Part shown: one piece after another, positions 1-13,184 of the stretch
Numbering within the stretch: the stretch's first letter is position 1
Layout: each line of letters begins with the position of its first letter
Assembly (NCBI GenBank): GCA_964106915.2
Contig: OZ066924.1
Direction: 5' to 3' (one strand)
Length of the DNA: 64,000 nucleotides
Source: Podarcis gaigeae
Taxonomy: Eukaryota
The notes under the pieces: model-generated
What the model saw: only the letters and a program-made list of their open reading frames with translations
Told to the model about the DNA's origin: nothing
Databases searched by the model: none
Position numbers and translations under genes: made by a program

Positions 1-1383
1 AAAGAGAGCGATAAAAGATAGGGCTAACTTTCTACAGGAGAGCTGTAGCTCAGAAAGCTACAATTCTCAGAGTTCCCTGAGAAGAGGAATCTATTGTTAA
101 ACCACTCTGAAAATTGTAGCTCTGTGGGGAGAATAGAAGTTTCCTAACTCCGCTCAGCACCCTTAACAAACTGCAGTTCCCAGAATTCTTGGGGTGTGGG
201 GAGGAGCCATGTTAATTTAAAGTGGTATGATACTGCTTTAAATGCACAGTGCAGATGGGGCTTTGGAAAGGCCTGGAAGGAAAATGGGTTTTTCTGCAAC
301 TTCTCTTAATGTCATGCATTGACACACATGGTATGTTTCCTCTGTGTTTCAGAGGCAGATTCTCTAGGGACTGATTCTATATGGTAGACTTTGCCAAGCT
401 GGTGCCCTCCAGATGTTTTGGACAACAACTCCCATCGGTCCCAGACAGTTGTTGTTCCAAACATCTGGAGGGCAGCAGTTTGCCAAGGCCCTTATATGGA
501 GACTGATTTCTTCTCGTCCATCACTGAAGATATGAAGGCCAATAGCAATTAAGAACAATCCTCCTTGCTTTGTTTTTCTTTTAAGCTGCATTTGGCTGCT
601 TCTGGTATCGTGCAATCCTAGATCCTTCTGCTGAATGAGAACACACACAGTGCCCTGTGCTGAACCCCATGTAAGCAAGTAAACAAAGCACAACACAAAG
701 TGATGCGTACGCACACTGTCTTTATTATGTGCAATCAAAAGTGCAGTGCCAGCGGCTCCAGGTTTTATGCAGCTGTTCAATGTGGTTTAGCAAGTAGCCT
801 GCAGTGTGTCAGAGGTTTAACGCAAGCAGAAAATATGCAGGGTTTCCTTGATAGCAACACAAAGAACATAATAAGAACAGGCATCTACTGGAGCTGACCG
901 ACAATCAATCTAGCCTTGTGTGGTACCTTCATGATCACCCATGTTGGCATCATTTCTGAACAAATGTTCAACAGCACAGGTGGCATTAATAAGGACACAC
1001 TTGTCCTCTCTTGATTGTTTCCAGTTTTCAACAAACTTAAGCTTTGTTAGAAACAGCATTACACTAGCCTTTGGTCACAACTCGCTGGCACCTTATGGTA
1101 GGCAGGGCTGGGCACAGTGGAGCAGAATCATGAGAGTATTCTTTTTATTCACCCCAAAATGGAAAGCTCTATTCCATCAGGCCTGGGGCAGGATTCATCT
1201 AATGAGCCCTGCCAATGGAAAGCCCTTGCAAGGACGTCCACTAGCACAATTGGTCTTTCTCCCTCCCTCCCCCCATTAGCTCTGGGAGGAAGTGTTGGTA
1301 GAATCTCAGAACAGTGCATGGTGAGGAAGAGAGAGCAGATCATTCCATCAGGCAAGCAGAAATACTTGCACTGACAGAGCAAT

Positions 1384-1457
1384 CTGCTTAGTGCTACGCT
1401 GGATTCCTTTCATGGGATTTCTGCTTAGTGCTACGCTGGATCCCTTTCATGGGATTT
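1384..1457. repeat. Tandem duplication, 2 x 37 bp
   Basis: CTGCTTAGTGCTACGCTGGAT(T/C)CCTTTCATGGGATTT occurs twice. Confidence 0.9.
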
Positions 1458-2119
1458 CAACAGGAAGTTACAAGGTAGGCTCTGATTGGAAATGGAGCTG
1501 TGACCACTCCAAAACCTTTGCAGGTGCAAATACATACCCCCCCCCCAAATCCTTCAGTTGAAATCAGGGGTATTTCTCACTCCCCACAACTGATCCTCCT
1601 TGAGCCCCTCCATTTTTTCACACACACACACACACACCGAGAGCATTTCCACCACTACACCAATGGGACACACACTCTCCACCGTCCTGAGAAAACCCCT
1701 TAACCCCAATTTTATTTTATTCTTAGGTTGATTTACAAAAAGAAAAGCACACATCATTAAATGAATTTTAGAAAGTGGGCAAGATTCGACTTGGACTCAC
1801 AAAGCATTTTTTAAAAAATGGAGACTCCTTGCATTCCGCCCCACTCCCCCTTTCTTCCCACCCAGAGTGGCCCTGCCCTCAGCTTGCACCTCAGAGCCGG
1901 CACATCACACAAGGCTGGGCTTCAGCAGCATAAGAGTCAGCCTTCCCTTCTCCTCTCCCGCTCTCCAGCAGTCGCTATGAGCTGCCCAAGGGAGGAGGCT
2001 GGCAGCGGTGGCGATGGAGTGGCAACAGGATGCTCCCTTGCCACCAACTCGGGACAAATAGCAGCTCACCCTCCTCCACAAACTTGGCGTTGGCAGTGCT
2101 TGATACGATAATCTTTCTT

Positions 2120-2445
2120 GTCATTGTCCCATACAGAACAACGAACTTGAAAAAAATCTACATCAGACATTCAGAAACCAACAAGCCTGCTATCCCAGCT
2201 ATCCCAGCCTGGTTAACCCCCTAAAAACTCTGATACCCCATTATTAAATATAATATACGCCCACAGAGACTACCTTACACTGTGTTTAAAATCAAAATCG
2301 CATTTGGATAAAAACTGTTTCTCAGGTGGCTAGTCCTAGTCTTTATAACCCTGTACCTTCTTGCAGAAGGCAGAAGCTGAAAGTGATCATTTCCGGGGTG
2401 CGTACTATCCTGCGCTATCTCTGCAGCTTTCTTATGACACCTGGA
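2120..2445 (-). mobile_element. Rex1/Babar LINE 3' fragment
   Basis: Translation HPGNDHFQLLPSARRYRVIKTRTSHLRNSFYPNAILILN is the typical Rex-Babar ORF C-terminus. Confidence 0.75.
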
Positions 2446-3300
2446 AGTATAGATTTGATTCAAAGTGGGAAGAGCACAGGGGAAATAGGGACATTTTGGG
2501 ATCAAATCAGAAGCCAGGATGGCTTTCGTAATTCCAGGACTGTCCCTGGAAAATAGGGGCACTTGGAGGGTATGCAAGTAGTGTTGAAAGTGGAATCACA
2601 TGTGATTGCCCCGATAGTATCGTGAGCAGAAATCATGCATGCACAATAAAAAAGGACACCTGCAAGAGTTCCCAAAACAGTTCCCATTCATTCCAGCGGA
2701 GCTTGTGCAGGAGAGCTCTTCCAGAGCTTGTTCCCGATGTTGGGAAAAGTAACATGGGGCAGCCTAGAGACGCTGATCACGAAGCAAAACTGATGCTGAC
2801 CTCTCAACCATATTTTTCTGCTTTAAGAGGAAAATTCACATACCATGCTTGGTGTTAAGTGATGCCACATTGAGACTGGTGGGAGAGGTGGTGACCACAT
2901 AGAGTTGCTGCCAAAGACGAGGCAGTCAGCTGTGTCTCATTTACATACATTCATTCACTCGTTCTAATATTTGCAAGTTTTAAACTGACGATGGCCCAAA
3001 TCCAGAAAAAGAAAAGAAAAGAAAAAGGGCCACTGAAATTGGGAGGATGTGAATGATTCACAACTAACTTTGTCCTATGGCTCTTAATGGGATTTAAGCA
3101 TGACTAACGTTGTGCTGGATTTGGGCCTACACTGACAGGCTCTGCTAAAATAATACCCTGAAGTCCAAGGCCTCCTTATGAACTATCCTAAAGCGGCTCA
3201 CATTACACATTTGCCTGAAACTGTCTTCTGAATACATAATGCCTATTAATTGCTTGTGCATTATAAAGCTTACAGAAAGCTGTTGGCTTTGCTTGAGCAG

Positions 3301-3543
3301 GAGAGCCAGCGTGATGTAGTGGTTAAGAGCGGTGGACTCGTAATCTGGGGAACTGGGTTCGCATCTCCGCTCCTCCACATGCAGCTGCTGGGTGACCTTG
3401 GGCTAGTCACGCTTCTCTGAAGTCTCTCAGCCTCACTCACCTCACAGAGTGTTTATTGTGGGGGAGGAAGGGAAAGGAGATTGTTAGCCACTTTGAGACT
3501 GCTTAGGGTAATGATAAGTGGGATATCAAATCCAAACTTCTTC
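3301..3543 (+). mobile_element. tRNA-derived SINE, Squam3-like
   Basis: GAGAGCCAG.GTG.TGTAGTGGTTAAGAGC head, GGGTGACCTTGGGCTAGTCAC core, (CTT)n tail; four copies in the window. Confidence 0.8.
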
Positions 3544-3977
3544 ATGATCTTCTCCAGAGGAAAAGCCAAATGCCATGATTCTAGGTCATTCAATTTCATC
3601 ACTGTGTATGGAACTAAGTCAGAGCACTGTCCCTTAACTTTCCTGGGGCCGCGGTAGCTATCAGAACTTGCTTGGGGATATAAATCAGACTTTTGCACTT
3701 ACCATATCAATTCCTAATGCACCTGAGAGCTCTGTCTGGCCCCTCTTTGCCTGATGGAGAAAGGTCATAGCTCAGTGGTAGAGTACCTGCTTTCTATGCA
3801 AAGGTCCTAGGTTCAATTATGCGACCCCAAGCCAAAAAGGTAAGTAACTATACAACCTTTAGAGGACATCTGAAGGCAGCCCTGTATAGGGAAGTGTTTT
3901 TTTAATGTTTAATGTTTTCATATATGTTGGAAACAGTCCAGAGTGGCTGGGGCAACCCAGTCAGATGGGTGGGGTAT

Positions 3978-4015
<38 letters not shown>

Positions 4016-5216
4016 CCACTGGCATGGGCCCCTCAGAAGGTTCTTCAGAAGGAACTGTGATTCTCAGGCTGAAAAAGCTTCTCCACTTGTGCACTGTACT
4101 CTCCCTGCTGTATGCTGCCTTGAGCTCCTTGAAGAAAGGGGTGGGATATAAATGTAATAGACAAGAGATTTGGGGAGGGTTTAGGAAGCATGCAGAGAGA
4201 GAAGAGAGGGGAGAAGTTCCACTGCACAAGTGGAAATCTTTGCTCAAGCAGAAGCAGTTAGTTTGATACCACCTTTATTTTTGATTATTATTTCATAATA
4301 ATGGAACTCCCAAATGCACAAGCAGTGACTGAAAATTAATGCGCTGCATTTGAAGAGTTCATTGAAGAGACTTGTGCAAAACTGCAACACAAAGGCTGTA
4401 AATATGCCTGCCTTTGATTAAAAATTAAGCTTAATCTGGTTTGTGTGTGTATATGTATATGTATGTGTATGTGTATATGTGTGTGTGTGTGTGTATTCAT
4501 TTTTACTAAGGTGCCCTGCAGCCAGAACCCACATTCACAATGGACAAACAAATCTTACCTCTCTGTATCCTGAAAAGCCAAAGAGACAAGGCACACAAAT
4601 GTTTCAGTCCCTGGGATAAAGCCTATGAATAAACTTCCTTGTTAGTCTTCAGCTTCAAATAATGCATCATGTGTTTTCTGCCTTTCCATTATTGCTGGGC
4701 CGATCTCTGTGTGCTTCCTGCAACCAGGACAAGCATAGAAAGCTGCATGTTATGGGAATGGCCCCAAACCCTTTAAAATTGATGGGAATAAGATTGCCTT
4801 TACAATAAAATGCTTCGGATGAAACTCTCCAGTGTCTCAATAGGCACACAGGGAGGAGCCCATTATGTCACTTTCTTTTGCATTCAGAATTGCATAAAAA
4901 TAAAGATATTATAGTCCAGTTGCATAAATAGTGTGTTTTCAGAACTGCATTAGCGGAAACTTTAGAGCCTCGGGAAAAGCTATAAAAAGTAAAATATGCA
5001 TTACATAATGTTTTTGAAAGAACCTGTAGAGAATTAGATGGAGTGGTAAGAACATCCAAATGCACCGTAAAAGTTTGCTAAAAGAGTCACCCAGAGCAGT
5101 TGGGGCAGTGTTATTCCAATGCATCATCTGAAACTACCATATCTCTCTATCTAAGACAGAACAGGAACTGGCATTCCATGTTTGTTTGTTTTCTTGAAGC
5201 ATATTCATTTCAGGGA

Positions 5217-6240
5217 AACAGCTCCCTGCTTAAAACGGGGGTGCGCCCTTTGCGTGGATGCGCGCAGCCCTAGATCTGGAGTGGTCCCATCAGCATAGGT
5301 TTGGCTTTGCCTTCCCTCAGGTGGGATACCTGGAGGTCTCTGCCTACCTCAGTCAGTCCAATCCCACCTGGGGGAAGCGTTGCCAAGGAGACCAGGCCAG
5401 GTAGGGGAGGGATTACCTGCCCACACAATAGAGGGAGGATCTTACCTGGGAATCCTCACTTGGCTCCAGAGCCCACACAATAGAGGGAGGATCTTACCTG
5501 GGAATCCTCACTTGGCTCCAGAGCCCACACAATAGAGGGAGGATCTTACCTGGGAATCCTCACTTGGTTCCAGAGCCCACACAATAGAGGGAGGATCTTA
5601 CCTGGGAATCCTCACTTGGCTCCAGAGCTTCTCCCACCCTACCCACCCTCAGTTAATGTCTTCTTTTGCAGGTTAACTTTTCTTCATAGGTTTTGCAGGT
5701 TAACCTATCTCCACAGGTATGTGGGCGCTGCTACGTTAAGGTTGCTGTTAAAGGGCCAGAAAGGAATTTCCCTGCATTGGCAGGTTTCGCCTTTCCCGTA
5801 GCAAAAATGTCACAACTTTGGCGGTATCAGGCCTTGGGCGGAATCCTTTAGTCCATCTTCCTCTTTGCGGCGGCGATACCAGGGTTCCCCGTTAAAGGGG
5901 TTTCTGAAGGGAGGCTTTCACCGTATGCCGAAAGGTCATCATTGCTCTCCCCTGCGGCGGCGGCGTAACGGGGCGGCTATCTTTGCTTGAACATATGTTC
6001 TCCAGAGCCGGCCCATCCCCCCCACACACACACACTTGATAACCCTGATGCTCCCTAGGTCCCCGGCTGGGGACTGGGGAGGGAGAATGCCCAATGCCTG
6101 AGCCAAGGTCTACCCACATTTGAAATTTAATAAAGTTGTGGCCAATTTAATCCCATAGCACATTGTCTTGAGTCGTTATTCCACATGACGGGGGGGACCG
6201 CTCGGGATCTGAGGACTCTGCCTGTCCACGCAAAAACATA
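5217..6240. mobile_element. GC-rich repeat remnant, possibly the terminal region of a tyrosine-recombinase (DIRS/Ngaro) retrotransposon
   Basis: Abrupt CpG-rich block; ACAGCTCCCTGC at the left and AATAAAGTTGTGGCC near the right resemble DIRS/Ngaro-type ends as I recall them. No coding remnant. Confidence 0.35.
5420..5627. repeat. Minisatellite, 4 x 52 bp
   Basis: Unit CCCACACAATAGAGGGAGGATCTTACCTGGGAATCCTCACTTGGCTCCAGAG at 5420, 5472, 5524 and 5576; one substitution. Confidence 0.95.
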
Positions 6241-6276
6241 TTTCTGGGAGATTGTGGACAGTAGTCCCCAAAACAT

Positions 6277-6308
<32 letters not shown>

Positions 6309-6396
6309 CTAAATAAAAAGAGAGGTCACATTGTGAATGTGTGTTAGTACAAAGTGTCAGATTGTTTACCATTTCCTAATCCTTGCAGGGTGGGAG

Positions 6397-6398
<2 letters not shown>

Positions 6399-6473
<75 letters not shown>
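6399..6473. repeat. Compound (GT)n(GA)n microsatellite (others: (CT)n 7639-7683, (CT)n(GT)n 39895-39966, (GA)n 44944-45001, (TA)n 55290-55331, (CA)n/(GA)n 61594-61640)
   Basis: Directly visible dinucleotide runs. Confidence 0.95.
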
Positions 6474-6475
<2 letters not shown>

Positions 6476-7636
6476 CACTCATGAGGCTAAGTAGGGTGAT
6501 CTTCTCAGGTGGCAGGATCTACAGAGGCAGCAGATCCTGATGCAGATCTCATGGGTGGGTCAGCCCTGTTAGCCAGTCATTTTAATTATTATTTTGTGTT
6601 GTTTTTATGGGAAGGGTGTCTGTGTCTGTGTGTGTCTGTGTGTTGCTGTGCGCTGCAGTGGTATACTAATATTAAATAAATGAAAACTGAGGCAGAGTGA
6701 GGGAGCTAACCTCTGGCAGCTTTTGCTGAGGAACAAGCAGTGAGGTGCTGGTGGTGGTGGTTGCTGTTGTGTGTGTGCACTGTACCTCCTGCTCTGCATT
6801 CTGTAGGGTGACCTGATGCCCTCAGGTTTGCTGTCCTGTACCCAGGGCTGAGATATGATTCAGCTGCAAGTTCAGTCAGCTTCTGAATGTAGAATGTGGC
6901 AGAGGCTATCTTGCCACTCACTTCAGGTGGCCAAATGTTCTGGGTCGGCTCTAACATTTTTGTTTGTTTAAAAGCACTTATGTACTGCTTAATATTAAAA
7001 AAAAAAATTATTCTGTTGTTGGTGTTGGTGTTAAATTTATTACCCACCTTTCACCAGTGGGAGTCAGGGTGGGTTGCAAGAATTTAAAAATCCGTATTAA
7101 TAACAGTTAAAATAGATTCACAGGAATAGGGTGAGTCCTGAAACACACACAGCTCAGGTAGCAAAGAGGTGCATCGTTAGCATTCATGAAAATGCTGCAC
7201 AGTGAAGGTGCCAGACATGCCTCTGTGGGAAGGGAATCCCACAACTTGGGGTCTGCCACAGAGAATGCCCACTTCCTTGCCATTGCTGCCGACCCACAAA
7301 CTTCTGTAGGAGGTCAATGAACCTAACATGAAGTCCCCTCTGTAAGTAGTGTACATTCCATTTACAATCAATATTTCATTAAAACATGGAAATCACCTGA
7401 ATTCTACATTGCTTGTCTATACTGTCCACCCAAAACTGTATGTAGTAAGGGACTACAGTGAGAATTAACAAGTTTTTTTGTTTTTGCTTTTTTTATGGTA
7501 GTTTATTTTTAAAGAAATATTGGCTCCACATTTCCCTTCCCATAAAGATTCTCTTTAAAAAATCATTGCTGTAAATATTTTAACTGCACGTGATTGGTGG
7601 GTTGTTTTTCTTTCATAGGATCCTATTACCAGGATC

Positions 7637-7685
<49 letters not shown>

Positions 7686-7808
7686 TGTGTCACTTGATAC
7701 CAGCAGATGCTCATTAACCCAGTAACCTTGTAGTTGTATTCTAGAGTTAACTGTAACCCATTCAGGTTTATTCATGTAATCAATCTATCTAGAGAAAACA
7801 CTAGGATG

Positions 7809-7811
<3 letters not shown>

Positions 7812-7844
<33 letters not shown>

Positions 7845-8073
7845 GGTTTTGGTGTCCTCGGGTGTCTTCCCGTGTAAAAGTTGGGGTGTCTGGTGCTTTC
7901 GGCTTCTTGTTACTGGAACTGGCTCTGTTCCAGTAACAAGAAGCCGAAAGCACCAGCCTGAAGATGACGAGTGAGACCTCGTCGAAACGTCGCCTAGACA
8001 CCCCAACTTTTACACGGGAAGACACCCGAGGACACCAAAACCTGCATTCCTGTACCCGTGAAAATCTACGAAA

Positions 8074-8110
<37 letters not shown>
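7812..8110 (+). mobile_element. Non-autonomous PLE pLTR-only insertion with an inverted partial copy, flanked by (TA)n on both sides
   Basis: 7927-8076 is identical to 36481-36630. 7841-7919 is the reverse complement of 7927-7954 joined to 7996-8046. Confidence 0.9.
7951..7998 (+). ncRNA. Second identical hammerhead ribozyme motif
   Basis: CTGAAGA 7958-64, GACGAG/CTCGTC, GAAA 7984-87, CGTC 7988-91; identical to the 36.5-kb copy. Confidence 0.7.
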
Positions 8111-8116
<6 letters not shown>

Positions 8117-8389
8117 GTCATCAGTGAGGTTTGATTGGTTAAATAACAACAAAGCTCCTCCGACGGGTCGGCATCTAAAATGGGATTTGGCTTGAAAGAG
8201 CACCTTTCATATTTAATGTAACTGCAGCAAGACAACTTTTGTCCTCTGTCAAATGGAGCAGGACAGTTCTCCCTTCTGTGAGAAAGGAAATCTGGGAGCC
8301 TTTGAATAATTTACCCTAGCAGCTCACCTCGATTTTTCACAGCACCCCTAGTTATTAGTAGTTTTAGCAGTTCACCTCTGCACATGCTT

Positions 8390-8862
8390 TGTTTGTTGTT
8401 TAGTCGTTTAGTCGTGTCCGACTCTTCATGACCCCATGGACCAGAGCACGCCAGACACTTCTTTCTTCCACTGCCTCCCGCAGTTTGGTCAAACTCATGT
8501 TAGTAGCTTCGAGAATGCTATCCAACCATCTCGTCCTCTGTCGTCCCCTTCTCCTTGTGCCATTCATCTTTCCCAACATCAGGTCTTTTCCAGGGAGTCT
8601 TCTCTTCTCATGAGGTGGCCAAAGTATTGGAGCCTCAGCTTCACGATCTGTCCTTCCAGTGAGCACTCAGGGCTGATTTCCTTCAGAATGGATAGGTTTG
8701 ATCTTCTTGCAGTCCATGGGACTCTCAAGAGTCTCCTCCAGCACCATAATTCAAAAGCATCCATTCTTCGGCGATCAGCCTTCTTTATGGTCCAGCTCTC
8801 CCTTCCATACATCACTACTGGGAAAACCATAGCTTTTACTATACGGACCTTTGTTGGCAAGG
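8390..8862 (-). mobile_element. RTE-BovB LINE 3' fragment
   Basis: KVRIVKAMVFPVVMYG.ESWTIKKADRRR.DAFELWCWRRLLRVPWTARRSN...; (CAA)-type tail; 11-bp TSD TGCACATGCTT (8379-89 / 8863-73). Confidence 0.92.
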
Positions 8863-10180
8863 TGCACATGCTTAATCCAAAGTAAATGTACATAAGATTC
8901 ACTGTTTCCACCTGCCCAGTGGAGATGTGGCTCAGCAAGTTGTGCATGACAGTTTGCAGACCACAATACATGAGAACATAGGAAACCACCTTATACCAGG
9001 TCAGACCATGGGTGAATCCAGCTCAGTATTGTCTACACTGACTGGCAGAGACACTCCAGGTTTTCAGGCAGGAGTCTCTCCCAGTCCTACCTGGAGTTGC
9101 TGGGGACTGATGATGAGACCTTGTGCATGGAAAACAGATGGTCTGTTGCTGAGCTATGGCCATTCCCAAGCACTTCCCTCTATCCTGGATCCTCATTGGG
9201 TTGATGCCAACATTGAAGCAAATGCAACTAACAGAAATATCTCAAAGACACCACGGAAGGGCTCCATCCAAAGGAAGTCACAGCTATCTGATTCCAGAAA
9301 TGAGGAGTGAGCAATAAAGCACATTCCTGTTATTATTACCCAAAGGACAGAGCTTACATCAAAATCAAGCAAAATGATGCACTTGGCTTTGGGCCTGGAA
9401 ACCAGTAATTATAACTACAGTTTTCAGATCTTTTGGTAGCTCAATGAGAAAGGCATTGGAAAGAACAAAGTTCATGCACCATATAAAATCAGCATCTGAC
9501 TGGGGTTCAAGGAACCCAACTCATCTGTCAGAAGCTGTTGTACCAAAAGCCACCCCATTCTCAGAGAAGCACTGATCCAGAAAATGAAAAAGTAATTGAT
9601 GTTGGATACTATGGGATTTGTTGGAGTACAGACTTTGGGTGGGGGAGGTGATGCTGGCAGTTGCATTTTGCAAGCAAATCAAGTACCGAAAGAATATTAT
9701 TTCTCACCAAAAAAAGATACACAGATGTATGTCAATAAATTATTTTAAATCATGTTTTCCATTCCGTGGGTTTTTACAATAAATAAATAAATAAGTAAAT
9801 TTTATTTGTATCCCGCTTTCCCCAGCCAAAGCCAGGCTCAGAGTGGCTAACATCATATAAATAAGGCAATATGCATAATACAATATACAATATGCAAATA
9901 AAATAACATTCAACATTCATTAAAACAATATAGAATAATATTAAATATCAGCATTTCAAAATTAAACAGAAATCCACTCAATAGTTACAATAAGTAATTT
10001 CTAAACTCCACTCAATAAAACAACAGCAAACCACAGTGCACAACATAATACAATACAATACAATACAAAATGAATCCCAGGGCCTGATGAAGTCTCTCCC
10101 CTCACAGTTCTTCCTCTAGGCATAGCTTCCTTTATGGTTATTGTTGATTGGTATCAAAGTGGTAGTGATTTTTTGCCTTA

Positions 10181-10474
10181 TGAAATATACTCGGAGTCGA
10201 GTGTGAATTTCATGCTTTATTCAGTTCATAGTAGCAATGAATGAAACTTCCCCCAAAACATCTGGCTATATATACATTATTTACACAATGGGCCCCTCAT
10301 GATTGGCTAATTCCGGGCTGCTCCTGTAGACCAATCAGGTTGCGGATTCACCTCCTCCAGAAGCCTGATTGCTGATTCACTTCCACCAGGAGCTGGACTG
10401 AGTGGCTCCTGCAGACCAATCAGACTGTTGCATTCTGGATCCTATTGTTCTAGGATTCAGCTCAGTACATAACA
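10181..10474 (-). mobile_element. Solo LTR (Gypsy-like)
   Basis: TG...CA termini; 5-bp TSD CCTTA (10176-80 / 10475-79); minus-strand TATA-like and AATAAA motifs. Confidence 0.8.
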
Positions 10475-13184
10475 CCTTATTTCTCAAAAAACTACAGTGT
10501 AGAAAGACACCAGGGGATTGCACTTTAGAATGAGGGGGGAAAGTAGCAGGCATCATTCGTTATTGAAGAAGCAAGAGAGGGAATGGGGCACATTGAGCTG
10601 TCTTTAGTAGATCAGATCTAGGGGGGAAAGGAACTTGGTCAGATCAGACATAGCCTCAGCAAAATAAACCTGCCAAGCCAGAGATCAAAGATAGAAAACC
10701 AGCCTTTCAGTGGTAAAGCCAAACAGGAGATCAAGAGGCAGACTGTGGTTCAAAGAGGTCTCCTCAAAGGCAGGGAAGTACAAAGGGGAGACCTGAACTT
10801 TGAATGGAGATTCTAGGCTCAAGAGGAAAACAAGCCCCACGACACATAGGAAGAGAGAAACAAGAGGGGCATGATCTAGGTCAGAAACAATAGGAAAACT
10901 TTCTTGTTGTGTGGGCACCATGTAACCAAACAGTTTGCTGTACTCAGAGTAGCCAGTCCTCCCTGGAACTGATGCAGTCCAATCGATTTGGAGAATGTTC
11001 AGATTTTAATATTATAACATTGTATATTTCCAGCTGGCTAACTGAGCCAACTGCATCATACATTTAAGACAGCAACATACCACAGTCATAACTTCCCCCA
11101 AAGAATCCTGGGAACTGTAGTTTGTTAAGGGTGCTGAGAGTTGTTAGGAGACCCCTATTCACACCCACCCACCCCCCAAGCTGCAATTCTCACAGCTGTG
11201 TAACCATCAATTCCTCTTCCCAGGGAAGAATTGTAGCTCTATGGGGGGGAATAGCAGGTTGAATTGGAAAGACAGGCTGCTTTCCTAAAGCTACAGATAC
11301 AGGTCATGCCTGGTGTAATATCCCTGGCAGCTGGAGGCTTCATTAAAAATCTCCTCTCATTAACATGATAACATGTGAAAGATGGAACTGGAAAACATTT
11401 AAATTACTTGAAATAGAGCTATTATTTTTGGTCTTTGTATATATTTGCCTGGAATTGTCCTACTGATGTATGATTCTATTATTTTTATTTTTATTATTAT
11501 GCCTTCACATAAATCTCAAAGCAATGTACAAACATATAATAATAAAGGAACTAAAAATAGGTTTAAAAACAATACAGAAAACAACTATTTGTGCTGTTTT
11601 TAAACATATCATTAAATAGCCAAGACATTTAAAAAAACTCAGAAAACAACCCGTATGCTGGAAAGCCTTATCAAAACAAAAAGTCTTCAATGTTTGCAAA
11701 AACTACAAATAGTGGGTGCCTGTCATGTATCAACAGGGATGCCAAGCCACAAACAGAGGCAAGTACACTGAAAGTGTTGCTCCAAGTTGTTCTGAAGTAG
11801 GATTCTGATATTTGGGGGGCTTTAAGGTCAATATCACCTGCATAATGCAGTGACCTAGTGGGTATATAAGGGATTAGATAGTTTCTTAAATAACTTGTTC
11901 CTGAGCTAAGCTGGCCCTTGTACTACCAGAACATAGAACTTGATCCAGAAGCCAAATGGCAATCCTTATTTACAATATTCAACCCTCTGAAAAGCAACTG
12001 ATGGAGTGCTATCTCTCAAGCAGTTAGTTATGGGAAACTTAAATCATAACCAATTCCAACAAACCCTGTGTCAAAGAACATTTTTGGAGAATTCTTCAAA
12101 AGTCAACAGTCTATTGTAGTGTCTTAATTAATTTAAGATTGTGCTTCGCTGATGTGCGGATAAGGTCTATGGCACCCAACCAATTGGTGTGATTTCTGCT
12201 GGCACTTCTTTCTTTTAATCATCATGTTTGAGTATTTTTGTTAAAGCACAACAGCAGTGACTATCCTTGTTCCATGTTTACTCCTTTTGTATACTGGGAA
12301 AATATTTGGCCCACCATAATCAACTGCCGACTCTCTGAAGATAACAGCCGATGGACTTCAAGCAATCGATCCAAGAGAGGATCAAGAGTCTATTTTCACA
12401 AACCCATTTTAGTCCCATTGGTTGCATATCATTCCCCAGACTAGTGTGAACCAATAACCTGGTCTACATGTTTTAATGGTCAGGGGCCAGTAAATGAGAG
12501 AGCCGCTTGCTCAAGAAAATGAGACGTATACAGTAAAACCTGCCATTGGCGCCAAGTCAACAAGGACAAGTCATTTTCTTATCCTTGTAGCCTAATTCTA
12601 AACATATTTGCTCAGAAGAATCCCCTGCTGAACTCAGAGGAACTTGCAGTGCAGTCCTAATCATGTTTTACCCATGTTCAAAGGGACTTCCACACTAGAG
12701 AAGGACCATACATACCACAGACGCAAAACACACACCCTGATTGCAAAAGGGCCCAGTTTAGACCCCAGAATCTCCAAGCAAGGCTGGAAAGGTCTCTTGC
12801 CTGAACCCGTGGAGAAATGCTGCCAATCAGTGAAGACCAGGCATGGGGAACCTGTGGCCTTTCAGATATTGCTGAACTACAAATCCCATCATCCCTGACT
12901 GCTGTCCATGCTGGCTGGGGTTGATAGGAGTTGGAGTCCATAAACATCAAGTGGGCCATAGGTTCCCTATCCCTAGTACTGTACTGAACTAGCTAGATGG
13001 ATTGATGGCCTGGCTCAGCTTAAAACACTTTCCTATGTTAAGTCTTCTTGGATTCCAGTCCTAAACATGTTTACTTCAAATAAATCCTACTGATCATCCA
13101 GTATTTTTGTTGTTGTTGTTAACATACTTGCTATTCAAATAGCCAAATACTTTTAAAATGCCAGCATAATTTTGGCCTCACTTA

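Noticed and set aside
3762-3820. tRNA-like sequences (also 19793, 23813, 28897, 31171)
   Set aside because: A/B boxes run into SINE bodies and no complete cloverleaf forms; these are SINE heads, not tRNA genes.
3943-4266. Poly-Ser / poly-Leu ORFs
   Set aside because: Produced by the (TAG)n tail of an L2 3' fragment.
5420-5627. CRISPR-like array or U1 snRNA gene
   Set aside because: Units are contiguous with no unique spacers, the context is eukaryotic, and the U1 match is only ~9 nt.
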